This document shows, piece by piece, positions 8,277 to 17,528 of a DNA stretch of 58,333 bases. The DNA lies in the NCBI GenBank assembly GCA_946407675.1, contig CAMJPK010000001.1, positions 1 through 58,333 on the forward strand, written 5' to 3'. This DNA is from an uncultured Clostridia bacterium. GTDB taxonomy: Bacteria; Bacillota; Clostridia; Oscillospirales; Oscillospiraceae. The notes beneath the pieces are model-generated. The model was not told the origin of the DNA and searched no databases. It was given only the letters and a program-made list of their open reading frames with translations. Made by a program: the position numbers and the translations under genes. How positions within the stretch are numbered: position 1 is the stretch's first letter; each line of letters begins with the position of its first letter.

Positions 8277-9623
8277 ATGAACAGAAATGAAATCAATATG
8301 ACCGAGGGGCGGATGCTGCCCAAGCTGCTGCGCTTCGTCGTGCCGCTGATGCTCTCCTCGCTGCTGCAGCTGGCCTTCAACGCCGCGGACCTGATCGTGG
8401 TCGGCCGCTTCGGGCGGCCCAACGCGCTGGCGGCCGTCGGCTCCAACGTGGCGCTGGTCTCGCTGGTGGTGAACACCTTCATGGGGCTTTCCATCGGCGG
8501 CGGCGTGCTCTGCGCCCGCTTTTACGGGGCGAAGGACCGCCAGCGGCTGGTTGAGACGGTGTCCACCGCGCTGATCGTCGGCTTTACCGGCGGCATCGTG
8601 CTGGGCGCGATCGGCGTTGCGCTCGCGATGCCGCTGCTGCGCCTGATGGGAAGCCCGGACGACGTGGCCCCGCTGGCGGCGGTCTACCTGCGCATCTATT
8701 TTGCCGGCATGCCGGTGATCGCGCTGTATAACTTTGCCGCGGCCCAGCTGCGCGCGATGGGCGACACGCGGCGGCCCTTCCTCTTCCTCGCCGCGGCGGG
8801 CGTCGTGAACGTTGCGCTGAACCTGTTCTTCGTCGTCGTGCTGGGCATCGACGTGGCCGGCGTCGCGCTCGCGACGGTGCTGAGCCAGTGCCTGTCCTGC
8901 TTCCTGACCGTCCGCTGCCTGCTGCGCACGACAAATCAGACCCTGCGCGCGCTGTGCTTTTCCGGCCGGCTCTTCCGCGACGTGCTGCGCATCGGTCTGC
9001 CCGCGGGCATACAGGGCTCGATGTATTCCATCGCCAACTTCGTCATTCAGGGGGCGGTCAACGCCCTCGGCACCGCGGTCATCACCGGCTGCGCGGCCGC
9101 CTCCAGCTTGGAGGGCTTCCTCTTCTGCCCGGTGGACGCCTGCCAGCAGGCGGCGACCACGTCGGTGAGCCAGAACCTCGGCGCGGGGAAGCTTGCGCGC
9201 ACGGACCGGGCGGCATGGCAGTGCATTGTGCTGGTCGCGGTCATCTCCGGTGTGGGCGCCGTGGCGATCTATCTCCTGCGCGCGCCGCTCCTGGGGCTTT
9301 ATACAACGGATGCCGCGGCGCTCGCGGCGGCCTGTGTCCGATTGCGCATCGACGCGTACTTCTATGCGATCAACGGCCTGATGGCGGTGGCCTCGGGCGT
9401 CGTCCGCGGCCTGGGACACAGCAGCCTGCCCGCGTTCGTCACCTTCCTGGGCTGCTGCGTGCTGCGCATCGTCTACATCTACACCCTCTATCCGTCGGCC
9501 CCCTCGGTGGGACGGCTGTTCATCGTCTATCCGATCTCCTGGACGGTCACCACGACGGTGCACATCATCTGCTTCTTCGTCATCCGGCGCCGGATGCGGC
9601 AAACCGCGGGGTGTTCCGAGTAA
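8277..9623 (+). CDS. MATE-family multidrug/oligosaccharidyl-lipid efflux transporter
   Basis: 448 aa, about 12 TM segments. N-terminal LPKLLRFVVPLMLSSLLQLAFNAADLIVVGRF is a classic MATE signature. The exact start is uncertain (alternative Met at codon 8). Confidence 0.88.
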   Translation: MNRNEINMTEGRMLPKLLRFVVPLMLSSLLQLAFNAADLIVVGRFGRPNALAAVGSNVALVSLVVNTFMGLSIGGGVLCARFYGAKDRQRLVETVSTALIVGFTGGIVLGAIGVALAMPLLRLMGSPDDVAPLAAVYLRIYFAGMPVIALYNFAAAQLRAMGDTRRPFLFLAAAGVVNVALNLFFVVVLGIDVAGVALATVLSQCLSCFLTVRCLLRTTNQTLRALCFSGRLFRDVLRIGLPAGIQGSMYSIANFVIQGAVNALGTAVITGCAAASSLEGFLFCPVDACQQAATTSVSQNLGAGKLARTDRAAWQCIVLVAVISGVGAVAIYLLRAPLLGLYTTDAAALAAACVRLRIDAYFYAINGLMAVASGVVRGLGHSSLPAFVTFLGCCVLRIVYIYTLYPSAPSVGRLFIVYPISWTVTTTVHIICFFVIRRRMRQTAGCSE

Positions 9624-9731
9624 CGCGGAAAAAGATTGCAATTCCGGGAAAATCCATATACAATAAAGCTCTACGCCCCGCGGGGCGAAAAACTGCGGTG
9701 GGGGAGGGCCCCTCGCCGAAAGGAGAAAACA

Positions 9732-11168
9732 ATGGCAAAAGAAAAGAAAGTGGAACAGATCACCGATATGGAGGTCGATTTCGCCCAGTGGTTCACCGAC
9801 GTCTGCATCAAGGCGGAGCTGGTGGACTACTCCGGCGTCAAGGGCCTGTTCATCCTGCGTCCCTACGGCTACGCCATCTGGGAGGCGATCATGACCTATC
9901 TGGACAAGCGCTTCAAGGAGCTCGGGCATGAGAACGTCTCGATGCCGCTGCTGATCCCGGAGAGCCTGCTGCAGAAGGAGAAGGACCACGTCGAGGGCTT
10001 CGCGCCGGAGTGCGCGTGGGTCACGCTGGGCGGCAGCGAGGAGCTCGAGGAGAAGCTCTGCGTCCGCCCCACGAGCGAGACGCTCTTCTGCGACCACTGG
10101 AGCCACATTGTCCATTCCTGGCGCGACCTGCCCTGCAAGTATAACCAGTGGTGCTCCGTTCTGCGCTGGGAGAAGACCACCCGCCCCTTCCTGCGCGGGC
10201 GCGAATTCCTCTGGCAGGAGGGCCACACGATCCACGCGACGAAGGAAGAGGCCATGGCCGAGACCGAGCAGATGCTCGAGGTCTACGCCGACTGCTATGA
10301 GCAGCTTCTGGCGATGCCCGTCGTCAAGGGCCTGAAGACCGACAAGGAGAAGTTCGCCGGGGCCGAGCGCACCTACACGGTGGAGTGCATGATGAAGGAC
10401 CACAAGGCCTTGCAAAGCTGCACCAGCCACTATTTCGGCGACGGCTTCTGCCGCGCCTTCAACATCACCTTCGCGGACAAGGAGAACCGGCAGAGCTATC
10501 CGCACCAGACGAGCTGGGGCCTTTCCACCCGCAGCATCGGCGGGCTCATCATGACCCACGGCGACAACAACGGCCTCGTCCTGCCGCCGCACGTCGCGCC
10601 TGTGCAGGTCGTCGTCGTGCCCGTCGCGCAGCACAAGCCCGGCGTGATCGAGAAGGCCGCCGAGCTCTACGCGGCGCTGAAGGCCGCGGGCGTGCGCGTC
10701 AAGATGGACGACAGCGACAATTCGCTGGGCTGGAAGTGCGCGCAGTATGAGATGAAGGGCGTGCCGCTGCGCATCGAGCTGGGGCCGCGCGACATCGAGG
10801 CGGGCCAGTGCGTCGCCGTCCGCCGCGACAACTTTGAGAAGACCACGGTGGCGCTCGACGCGCTGACCGAGGCCGTCCCGGCGCTGCTGGAGCAGGTGCA
10901 GCAGGGGCTGTACGACCGGGCGAAGCGCAACCTCGATGAGCACATCCGCGACTGCGAGACGCTTTCGGAGGTCAAGGACTTCATGGCCGGCGAGGGCGGC
11001 TTTGCGCGCACCAAGTGGTGCGGCGACCTCGCCTGCGAGCTCAGGATGAAGGACGAGGCGGGCGTTTCCTCCCGCTGCATGCCCTTTGCCCAGCGCGGCA
11101 CGAAGGGGAAGTGCGTCTGCTGCGGGAAAGAGGCAACGACGGACATCCTCTGGGGCGTCGCCTACTAA
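9732..11168 (+). CDS. proS: Proline--tRNA ligase (class II; appears to be the archaeal/eukaryote-like architecture, C-terminal ...WGVAY)
   Basis: Start at MAKEKKVEQITD with RBS aaggaga. FAQWFTDV, RPTSETLF, WCSVLRWE, FLWQEGHT and a C-terminal Cys-rich domain ending in Tyr. The architecture call (about 478 aa, no insertion editing domain seen) is from memory, not an alignment. Confidence 0.93.
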   Translation: MAKEKKVEQITDMEVDFAQWFTDVCIKAELVDYSGVKGLFILRPYGYAIWEAIMTYLDKRFKELGHENVSMPLLIPESLLQKEKDHVEGFAPECAWVTLGGSEELEEKLCVRPTSETLFCDHWSHIVHSWRDLPCKYNQWCSVLRWEKTTRPFLRGREFLWQEGHTIHATKEEAMAETEQMLEVYADCYEQLLAMPVVKGLKTDKEKFAGAERTYTVECMMKDHKALQSCTSHYFGDGFCRAFNITFADKENRQSYPHQTSWGLSTRSIGGLIMTHGDNNGLVLPPHVAPVQVVVVPVAQHKPGVIEKAAELYAALKAAGVRVKMDDSDNSLGWKCAQYEMKGVPLRIELGPRDIEAGQCVAVRRDNFEKTTVALDALTEAVPALLEQVQQGLYDRAKRNLDEHIRDCETLSEVKDFMAGEGGFARTKWCGDLACELRMKDEAGVSSRCMPFAQRGTKGKCVCCGKEATTDILWGVAY

Positions 11169-11170
11169 AG

Positions 11171-11218
11171 GCTTCCCCTTGAGGGGAAGCTGTCGCCGCA
11201 GGCGACTGATGAGGTGTC
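11171..11218 (+). repeat. Dispersed double-hairpin intergenic repeat, one unit
   Basis: gcttccccttgaggggaagc + tgtcgccgcaggcgactgatgaggtgtc, starting 3 nt after the proS stop. Confidence 0.8.
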
Positions 11219-11264
11219 ACAGCGAAGCGGCGCACCCCTTAATCCGATACCAACCGAACCCCCG

Positions 11265-11302
11265 CGCGGGGCGGCGGAGCGATCCGCCGCCCCGCGTTTT
11301 TT
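11265..11302 (+). terminator. Rho-independent terminator after proS
   Basis: 13-bp GC-rich stem gcggggcggcgga / tccgccgccccgc, loop gcga, followed by gTTTTTT. Confidence 0.85.
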
Positions 11303-11312
11303 CACTTTCCTC

Positions 11313-11367
11313 TTGACAAACCCGAACCCGTGGTGTATCTTTACTGTACTAACTGTACTAATACAGT
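11313..11367 (+). promoter_or_regulatory. Promoter plus probable GntR operator for the gntR-ABC operon
   Basis: TTGACA (11313-11318), 17 nt, TATCTT. Immediately downstream is the direct repeat actgtacta x2 (11343-11360) and the palindrome ACTGTA-ctaa-TACAGT (11352-11367). Confidence 0.55.
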
Positions 11368-11391
11368 TGCTCACAAAAGTGGGGTGAAGCG

Positions 11392-11757
11392 ATGTTTGCG
11401 ATCAATTACAGGGATTCCCGGCCGATCTATGAGCAGATCATGGACGAGCTGCGCAAAATGATCATATCCGGCGTGTTCGCGCCGGACGAGAAGCTGCCGT
11501 CGGTCCGGGAGCTGGCGCAGCAGCTGGCGATCAATCCGAACACGATCCAGCGGGCGTACCGCGAGCTGGAGATCAGCGGCTACATCTACTCCGTGGCGGG
11601 GAAGGGCAACTTTGCCGCCGCGCGGCATGAGGTGGACGAAAGCCGCAAAACGGCGCTGCTGGCGCAGCTGGCCGAGACGGCGCGGGAGCTGCGCTTCCTC
11701 GGCGTCAGCGACGCGGAGATCGCCGAAACAGTGAAGGGAGGAAGCAGCGATGATTGA
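11392..11757 (+). CDS. GntR-family (YtrA-subfamily, short) transcriptional regulator
   Basis: 121 aa. Winged-HTH KLPSVRELAQQLAINPNTIQRAYRELE. The stop overlaps the start of the downstream ABC ATPase. Confidence 0.9.
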   Translation: MFAINYRDSRPIYEQIMDELRKMIISGVFAPDEKLPSVRELAQQLAINPNTIQRAYRELEISGYIYSVAGKGNFAAARHEVDESRKTALLAQLAETARELRFLGVSDAEIAETVKGGSSDD

Positions 11758-12643
11758 AGTTAAGAACGTCACGAAGCGCTTTGACGGCTTCGCGGCGCTG
11801 CGCGATTTGACGATGACGGTGCCGACCGGCGCGGTCTACGGCCTCGTGGGGCCGAACGGCTCCGGCAAGAGCACGATCATCCGCCACATCACGGGCATTT
11901 TCCGGCAGGACGCCGGCGAGGTGCTTGTGGACGGACAGCCGGTGTACGAAAACCCGGCGGTCAAGGCGCGCATCGCCTACATCCCCGACGACGTCTTTTA
12001 TTTCCCGCAGGCGGGCGTCCGGGACATGATGCAATACTACAAGGGGATCTATCCGCGCTTCGACGCGGGGCGCTACGAGAAGCTGAAGGAGGTCTTTCAG
12101 CTTGACGAGCGCCAGCCCATCCGCCGCATGAGCAAGGGCATGCAGAAGCAGGCGGCCTTCTGGCTGGCCATGTGCCAGATGGCGGACGTCGTGGTGCTCG
12201 ACGAGCCGGTGGACGGCCTCGACCCGGTGATGCGCCGGCAGATCTGGGGCCTTCTCATGGCGGACGCCGCCGAGCGCGGCCTGACCGTGCTGGTGTCCAG
12301 CCACAACCTGCGCGAGCTGGAGGACGTCTGCGACCACGTGGGCATCCTCGACCACGGCCATCTGCTCTTAGAGCGCTCGCTCAGCGAGCTGCAGGAGAAC
12401 ATCACGAAGGTCCAGATCGCGCTGCCGGACGGCCGCCCGCTGCCCGAAGGGCTCAAGCTCGTCCACGAGACGGTCACGGGCCGCCTGCGGACGCTGATCG
12501 TGCGCGGCGACCCGGACGAGACGCTGCAAAAGCTGCAGGAGTGCGAGCCGCTGTTCCTCGACGCGGTGCCGCTGTCGCTGGAGGAGATCTTCATTTACGA
12601 GCTGGGAGGTGCCGACTATGCAGTCAAAGACATCCTGCTTTAA
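11750..12643 (+). CDS. ABC transporter ATP-binding protein (ABC-2/YtrB-like)
   Basis: Walker A GPNGSGKST, signature MSKGMQKQ, Walker B VVVLDEP, H-loop SSHNL. Confidence 0.92.
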   Translation: MIEVKNVTKRFDGFAALRDLTMTVPTGAVYGLVGPNGSGKSTIIRHITGIFRQDAGEVLVDGQPVYENPAVKARIAYIPDDVFYFPQAGVRDMMQYYKGIYPRFDAGRYEKLKEVFQLDERQPIRRMSKGMQKQAAFWLAMCQMADVVVLDEPVDGLDPVMRRQIWGLLMADAAERGLTVLVSSHNLRELEDVCDHVGILDHGHLLLERSLSELQENITKVQIALPDGRPLPEGLKLVHETVTGRLRTLIVRGDPDETLQKLQECEPLFLDAVPLSLEEIFIYELGGADYAVKDILL

Positions 12644-14771
12644 CAAAACGCTTTTCCGGAAGCACGTCACGCGCTTCTGGCCGGTCTGGACGGCGTATTT
12701 CGGCATCTGGCTGCTGATCCTGCCGATCGGCGTGCTCTCCGCGCGCCGGAGCATCGCAGCCAATCCGTTGACGGTGCAGACCGCGGTGCTGAACAGCGCC
12801 GGCGGGCTCGGCGTCGTCCTTCCGCTGGTCTTTGCCGTGCTCATGGCGATGGGCGTGTGGAGCTTCCTCTACAATGCGCGCAGCGCCTCGGGCGCCGGCT
12901 GCCTGCCCCTGACGCGCACGGCGCAGTACTGGTCCGCCGCGCTCGGCGGGCTCGTGCCGCTCGCCGGGGTGCACGTCGCCATCTTCGTGCTGACCGCGCT
13001 GGCCGAGCTGTCCGTCGGCGCGCTGCACCTGCCCTCGCTGCTGACGTGGCTGGGCGTGACGGTTTTAACGCTGCTGTTCTTCTACGGCTTCGCCACCTTC
13101 TGCGCGATGCTGACGGGCAACATCATCGTCCTGCCCGCGGTCTACCTTGTGCTGAACTTCACCGCCGCCGGCGTGGAGCTGCTGCTCAACGGCTTGGCAA
13201 ACTGCTTCCTCTACGGTCTCAACGGCAGCACGTGGAGCGGCTTTGCCGACGCCATGAACTGGCTTTCCCCGGCGATCCCGCTGCTGCGCTTCCTGCAGGC
13301 CGGAACGGATTATATGGAGGACCCCGTTTCCGGGGCGATGACGCCGGTCAGCGTGCACTTTGAGGGGGCGTGGGTCGCGGGGATCTACGCCGCCGTCGGC
13401 GTGCTGCTGCTGCTCGCGGCCTGGGCGCTGCTGCGCCGCCGTCGGATGGAGTCGGCGGGCGACGTCGTCGCCGTCGGGGCGCTCAAGCCCGTGTTCCGCT
13501 GGTGCATGGGCGTCTGCGGCGGGCTGTGCTTCGCCTGCGCGATGCTCTACGTCTTCGATTTCACGTTTACGACCCAGCGCGCGGTCTTCGCGGCGGTCGC
13601 GGTGTATCTCGTGATCGGCGCCTTCATCGGCTGGTTCGCCGCGGAAATGCTGATCCGCCGCTCCTTCCGCGCCTTCACCCGCGGAGTGCGCGGCTGGGCG
13701 GGCTGGGCGCTGTGCTGCGCCGTGCTGCTGCTCGGCCTGACCGCGACGGAGCTGGACCTCTTCGGCGTCGAGCGCCGCCAGCCGAAGCCGGCGCAGATCG
13801 AGTCGGCCATCGTCATCGCCGACGGCGAGGCCGCGCTCCTCACGTCGCCCGAGGGCGTCGCGGCGGCGCTGGACGTGCACCGCGGCATCATCGAGCACAA
13901 GTCCGTGCAGGACCAGACCGCGCAGCGCATCTTCTTCCTGCCCGATTACGACGCGGGCGAGATCGTCTCGGTCCACGTGACCTATCAGCTCAAAAACGGC
14001 GGAACGCTCACGCGCGTCTACCAGCTGCCGCACCTGCCCGGCGCGTCCGACGACGCCGCTGCGGTACAGGCGCTGCTCAACTGCCCCGAGGCCGTGCGCC
14101 GGCGCAAGGAGACCGCCGTGCCCTTCACGCCGGACAACGTGCGCTTCGGCACCGTCCGCGCCGTGATGACCGCGGCGGAGTGCGCCGCGGCAGCGGGTTA
14201 CGACGACCCGGCGGACTACGTCCTGTGCGCGCTCGGCGGCTACTCGCCGCAGGAGGCGAAGGGCATGAGTGACGCATCGCGCGCCGCGGCCGTCGAAAAG
14301 ACGCTGGAGCTGCAGTACAGCGAGTTCGGCGGGATGTACGGCTACGGCTACAACTACGACGGCATCATCGGCTATTATGAAAAGCAGGGGCGGGCGCTGC
14401 CCGCGCCGGACGCGACCGACTGGGACGGCGTGTGGCTGGAGTACACCCTGACGCTGAGCGACGCCGAGGCATGGGCGCTCTATCACGACTGCATCGTCCC
14501 GGACAATGCCGACGGCACGCTCGGGCGCGTGTGGGTGCTCCACACCGAGCCGGACTACGCCGCGACCGTCTGCGCCGGGACGCTGGAGATCGTCGCGGAG
14601 CGGCCCGAGGAGCCGAAGCGGCCCGCGCTGCCCGAGGACTATGGCCCCACCGTCTCCGACGGCTATTACAGCTTCACCACCACCCCGACGGTGGACGCCG
14701 CGCGCACCAACGCCTTCCTGGCCGAGCGCGGCATCCGCTTCCACACCTCCGCCGAGATTTGGGGGGAATAG
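12618..14771 (+). CDS. ABC-2-type membrane permease-like protein with large C-terminal non-membrane domain
   Basis: 717 aa. The N-terminal half (about 390 aa) is multi-TM. The C-terminal half (about 330 aa) is soluble and Asp/Tyr/Gly-rich with no domain I recognise. ATG at 12618 has GGAGG 7 nt upstream and overlaps the ATPase gene end. Confidence 0.8.
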   Translation: MQSKTSCFNKTLFRKHVTRFWPVWTAYFGIWLLILPIGVLSARRSIAANPLTVQTAVLNSAGGLGVVLPLVFAVLMAMGVWSFLYNARSASGAGCLPLTRTAQYWSAALGGLVPLAGVHVAIFVLTALAELSVGALHLPSLLTWLGVTVLTLLFFYGFATFCAMLTGNIIVLPAVYLVLNFTAAGVELLLNGLANCFLYGLNGSTWSGFADAMNWLSPAIPLLRFLQAGTDYMEDPVSGAMTPVSVHFEGAWVAGIYAAVGVLLLLAAWALLRRRRMESAGDVVAVGALKPVFRWCMGVCGGLCFACAMLYVFDFTFTTQRAVFAAVAVYLVIGAFIGWFAAEMLIRRSFRAFTRGVRGWAGWALCCAVLLLGLTATELDLFGVERRQPKPAQIESAIVIADGEAALLTSPEGVAAALDVHRGIIEHKSVQDQTAQRIFFLPDYDAGEIVSVHVTYQLKNGGTLTRVYQLPHLPGASDDAAAVQALLNCPEAVRRRKETAVPFTPDNVRFGTVRAVMTAAECAAAAGYDDPADYVLCALGGYSPQEAKGMSDASRAAAVEKTLELQYSEFGGMYGYGYNYDGIIGYYEKQGRALPAPDATDWDGVWLEYTLTLSDAEAWALYHDCIVPDNADGTLGRVWVLHTEPDYAATVCAGTLEIVAERPEEPKRPALPEDYGPTVSDGYYSFTTTPTVDAARTNAFLAERGIRFHTSAEIWGE

Positions 14772-14805
14772 GGAAGGCGGCGCGCAGCGCGGCCACCTCC
14801 CCTTG

Positions 14806-14890
14806 CAGGGGAGGCATAGGGAAGCGTCCGCCGCCCTGGCTCCCCTGCAAGGGGAGCTCCCGCGCAGCGGGTGAGGGGTCAAAGCCCCGC
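14806..14890. repeat. Dispersed double-hairpin intergenic repeat, two units head-to-head
   Basis: cctccccttgcaggggagg (14806-14824) and gctcccctgcaaggggagc (14849-14867) + tcccgcgcagcgggtgaggggtc. Confidence 0.8.
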
Positions 14891-15057
14891 CCATCGAAGA
14901 TACCATACGAATTTCCAAAGCCGCGCGGCGGGAGCCTGCTCCCCGCCGTGCGGTTCCTTTCCCCGAAAAACCGACAAACCCCGAAAATAATTCTTTACTT
15001 TAGCGAAACAGCGTGTTATTATAACAAAGCAATCTGTTATTTTGAGGTGATTCCACG

Positions 15058-15900
15058 ATGAAAAAGATCGTTTGTATCGCGCTGGCGGCGCTGCTGCTGC
15101 TCGCGCTGTGCGCCTGCGGCAAGGACAAGGGCCCCGTGACCTACGGCTTCCTGGATGAGACGCTGGGCGTGGAGAGCTACGCCATCGGCTTCCGCAAGGG
15201 CGACGACGCCCTGATGCAGACCGTGTCCGGCGCGGTCAAGGCCCTCGTCAAGGACGGCACCTACGCCGCCATCGGCGAGAAGTATCCCGACATCAAGGAC
15301 TATCTCTGCCTGAAGGCGGAGGACATCTCCGACGCCGATCTGCCCGCGAAGGGCAGCGGTGACCCGAGCTACACCTTCATCCACGGCTTCGATCTGGACT
15401 ATCCGCCCTACTCCTATCTGCAGGATGACGGCTCCGTCGGCGGCTTCGACGTGGAGCTGTGCCAGGCCGTCTGCGACTATCTCGGCTGGAAGTACCAGCC
15501 CCTGCCCTTCAACTGGGACGCCAAGGACGCCGAGCTGAACGCCGGCAGCTGCGACTGCATCTGGTCCGGCTTTACCAAGGAGGGCCGCGAGGATGACTAC
15601 TGCTGGGGCATCACCTACTCCAACAACACGCAGGGCATCCTCGTCGCCAGCAATTCCGGCATCAAGACGCTGGCCGACCTCAAGGGCAAGACCGTCGGCG
15701 TCCAGACCGCCACGAGCGCGATGGACATGCTGGAGGGCGACCGCAAGGACCTCGCGGACACCTTCAAGGAGCTCAAGGTCTATGAGACCTACACCATCGC
15801 CTTTGCCGACCTCAAGGCTGGCGCCATCGACGCCATCGCCATCGACATGACGGCGGGCAGCTTCCTCATCGCAAACGAGGCGGCCGCGGCGTCCAAGTGA
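15058..15900 (+). CDS. Amino-acid ABC transporter substrate-binding lipoprotein (SBP family 3), circularly permuted
   Basis: Lipoprotein signal ...LLLALCAC. The segment ESYAIGFRKGDDALMQTVSGAVKALVKDGTYAAIGEKY (normally the C-terminal end of GlnH/HisJ-type proteins) is at the N-terminus. It is followed by the usual N-terminal core (FDLDYPPYSY...GFDVELCQAV...DCIWSGFT...DLKGKTVGVQ...). Confidence 0.85.
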   Translation: MKKIVCIALAALLLLALCACGKDKGPVTYGFLDETLGVESYAIGFRKGDDALMQTVSGAVKALVKDGTYAAIGEKYPDIKDYLCLKAEDISDADLPAKGSGDPSYTFIHGFDLDYPPYSYLQDDGSVGGFDVELCQAVCDYLGWKYQPLPFNWDAKDAELNAGSCDCIWSGFTKEGREDDYCWGITYSNNTQGILVASNSGIKTLADLKGKTVGVQTATSAMDMLEGDRKDLADTFKELKVYETYTIAFADLKAGAIDAIAIDMTAGSFLIANEAAAASK

Positions 15901-15944
15901 TTCGCTGTTTCTTCTTCTGTTCTGTTTTTCTCCCCCGCGCGAAA

Positions 15945-15972
15945 AGGCATTGGGTCTTTCGACCCAATGCCT
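15945..15972 (+). terminator. Intra-operon hairpin between the SBP gene and the permease gene (partial terminator / mRNA stabiliser candidate)
   Basis: Perfect 12-bp stem aggcattgggtc / gacccaatgcct with loop tttc. No strong U-tract follows. Confidence 0.5.
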
Positions 15973-16109
15973 AATTGCCTTTCTTTCCGGCAAAACCCGC
16001 GCCATGCTGCGTTGCCGTCCTTGGGAATACAGGCAAGTTTGCCCTGCGGACGCCGCCTTGCCTGACACGCGTTTTGCGCGAAAAGCTTCAGAAGGAATGA
16101 GGGATTTCC

Positions 16110-16757
16110 ATGACCTTTTCCACGATGCTCTCCACGATGGCGGCAGGAATGCTGCGCACCTGCGGCATTTTCTTCCTCACGCTGCTCGGCTCGCTGCCGC
16201 TGGGCATGGTCGTGTGCCTGCTGCGCAAAAGCAAGCACGCGCTCGTGCGCACCATCGTCAAAATCTACATCTCCATCATGCGCGGCACGCCCTTGATGCT
16301 GCAGCTGCTGGTATGGTACTTCGGGCCGTACTATCTGTTCCGCCTGCCCATCGGCGGCTGGCGCTTTCCGGCGATCATCTTCGGGTTCGTCGTGAACTAC
16401 GCGGCCTACTTCGCGGAGATCTACCGCTCCGGCATCGACTCCATGCCGGTCGGACAGTACGAGGCGGCGGAGGTGCTGGGCTACACGAAGGGGCGCACCT
16501 TCTTCCGCATCATTTTGCCGCAGGTCGTCAAGCGCATTCTGCCCGCCGTCACCAACGAGGTCATCACGCTCGTGAAGGACACCTCGCTGGCCTTCACGCT
16601 GGCCTACAGCGAGGTTTTTTCGCTGGCCAAGCAGATCTCCGCCTCGCAGACGAGCTTTGTGCCCTTCGTGATCGCGGGCGTGTTCTACTACATCGCCAAC
16701 TACGCGGTGGCCTTTGCGATGGAGCGCATTGAAAAAGCGCTGAATTATTACCGCTAA
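16110..16757 (+). CDS. Amino-acid ABC transporter permease (HisM/GlnP type)
   Basis: 215 aa. Has the EAA-like loop (YEAAEVLGYTKGRTFFRIILPQV) typical of polar amino acid permeases. Confidence 0.92.
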   Translation: MTFSTMLSTMAAGMLRTCGIFFLTLLGSLPLGMVVCLLRKSKHALVRTIVKIYISIMRGTPLMLQLLVWYFGPYYLFRLPIGGWRFPAIIFGFVVNYAAYFAEIYRSGIDSMPVGQYEAAEVLGYTKGRTFFRIILPQVVKRILPAVTNEVITLVKDTSLAFTLAYSEVFSLAKQISASQTSFVPFVIAGVFYYIANYAVAFAMERIEKALNYYR

Positions 16758-16769
16758 GGGGGTGCGCGC

Positions 16770-17528
16770 ATGATCCTTGAAATGAAAAACATCCAGAAAT
16801 CCTTCGGCGGCGTGCGCGTCCTGCGGGACATCAGCGTGTGCGTCGATCAGGGCGAGGTCGTCAGCATCATCGGCCCGTCCGGCTCCGGCAAGAGCACGCT
16901 TCTGCGCTGCGCCACCTTCCTTGAGACCGTCGATTCCGGCGAGATCCGCTATGAGGGCGAGCCCGCCGTCACCACCGATGAATACGGCAACGCCCACTAC
17001 GCCGCGCCGGATGCCCTGCGCGCGCTCAAGCGCTACTACGGGCTGGTGTTCCAGCAGTTCAACCTCTTCCCGCACTACACCGTGCTGAAAAACGTCACGG
17101 ACGCGCCGCTGACGGTGCAAAAGCGCGACAAGGCCGAGGTGCACGGGACCGCGATGGAGCTGCTGCGGAAGATGGGGCTGGAGGACAAGGCGTCCAGCTA
17201 CCCTTACCAGCTCTCCGGCGGCCAGCAGCAGCGCGTCGCCATCGCGCGGGCGCTGGCGATGCGCCCCGAGATCCTGTTCTTCGACGAACCGACCAGCGCG
17301 CTGGACCCGGAGCTGACCGGCGAGGTGCTCAAGGTCATCAAGCAGCTCGCCGTGGAGAAGATGACGATGGTCATCGTCACGCACGAGATGCCCTTCGCCC
17401 GGGCGGTCAGCGACCGCGTCGTGTTCATGGACGGCGGCGTGATCGTGGAGCAGGGCGATCCCGAGGCGGTCTTCGGCGCGCCGCAGCAGGCGCGCACAAA
17501 GCAGTTCCTCCAGACCTATCAGCGATGA
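16770..17528 (+). CDS. Amino-acid ABC transporter ATP-binding protein (GlnQ type)
   Basis: Walker [10 protein letters not shown], signature [15 protein letters not shown], Walker [13 protein letters not shown]. Confidence 0.95.
   Translation: MILEMKNIQKSFGGVRVLRDISVCVDQGEVVSIIGPSGSGKSTLLRCATFLETVDSGEIRYEGEPAVTTDEYGNAHYAAPDALRALKRYYGLVFQQFNLFPHYTVLKNVTDAPLTVQKRDKAEVHGTAMELLRKMGLEDKASSYPYQLSGGQQQRVAIARALAMRPEILFFDEPTSALDPELTGEVLKVIKQLAVEKMTMVIVTHEMPFARAVSDRVVFMDGGVIVEQGDPEAVFGAPQQARTKQFLQTYQR

Noticed and set aside
9624-9731. Possible T-box leader upstream of proS.
   Set aside because: Only about 108 nt are available. I saw no specifier-loop or T-box (AGGGUGGNACCGCG-like) sequence, and the GC hairpin here is better explained as the terminator of the MATE gene.
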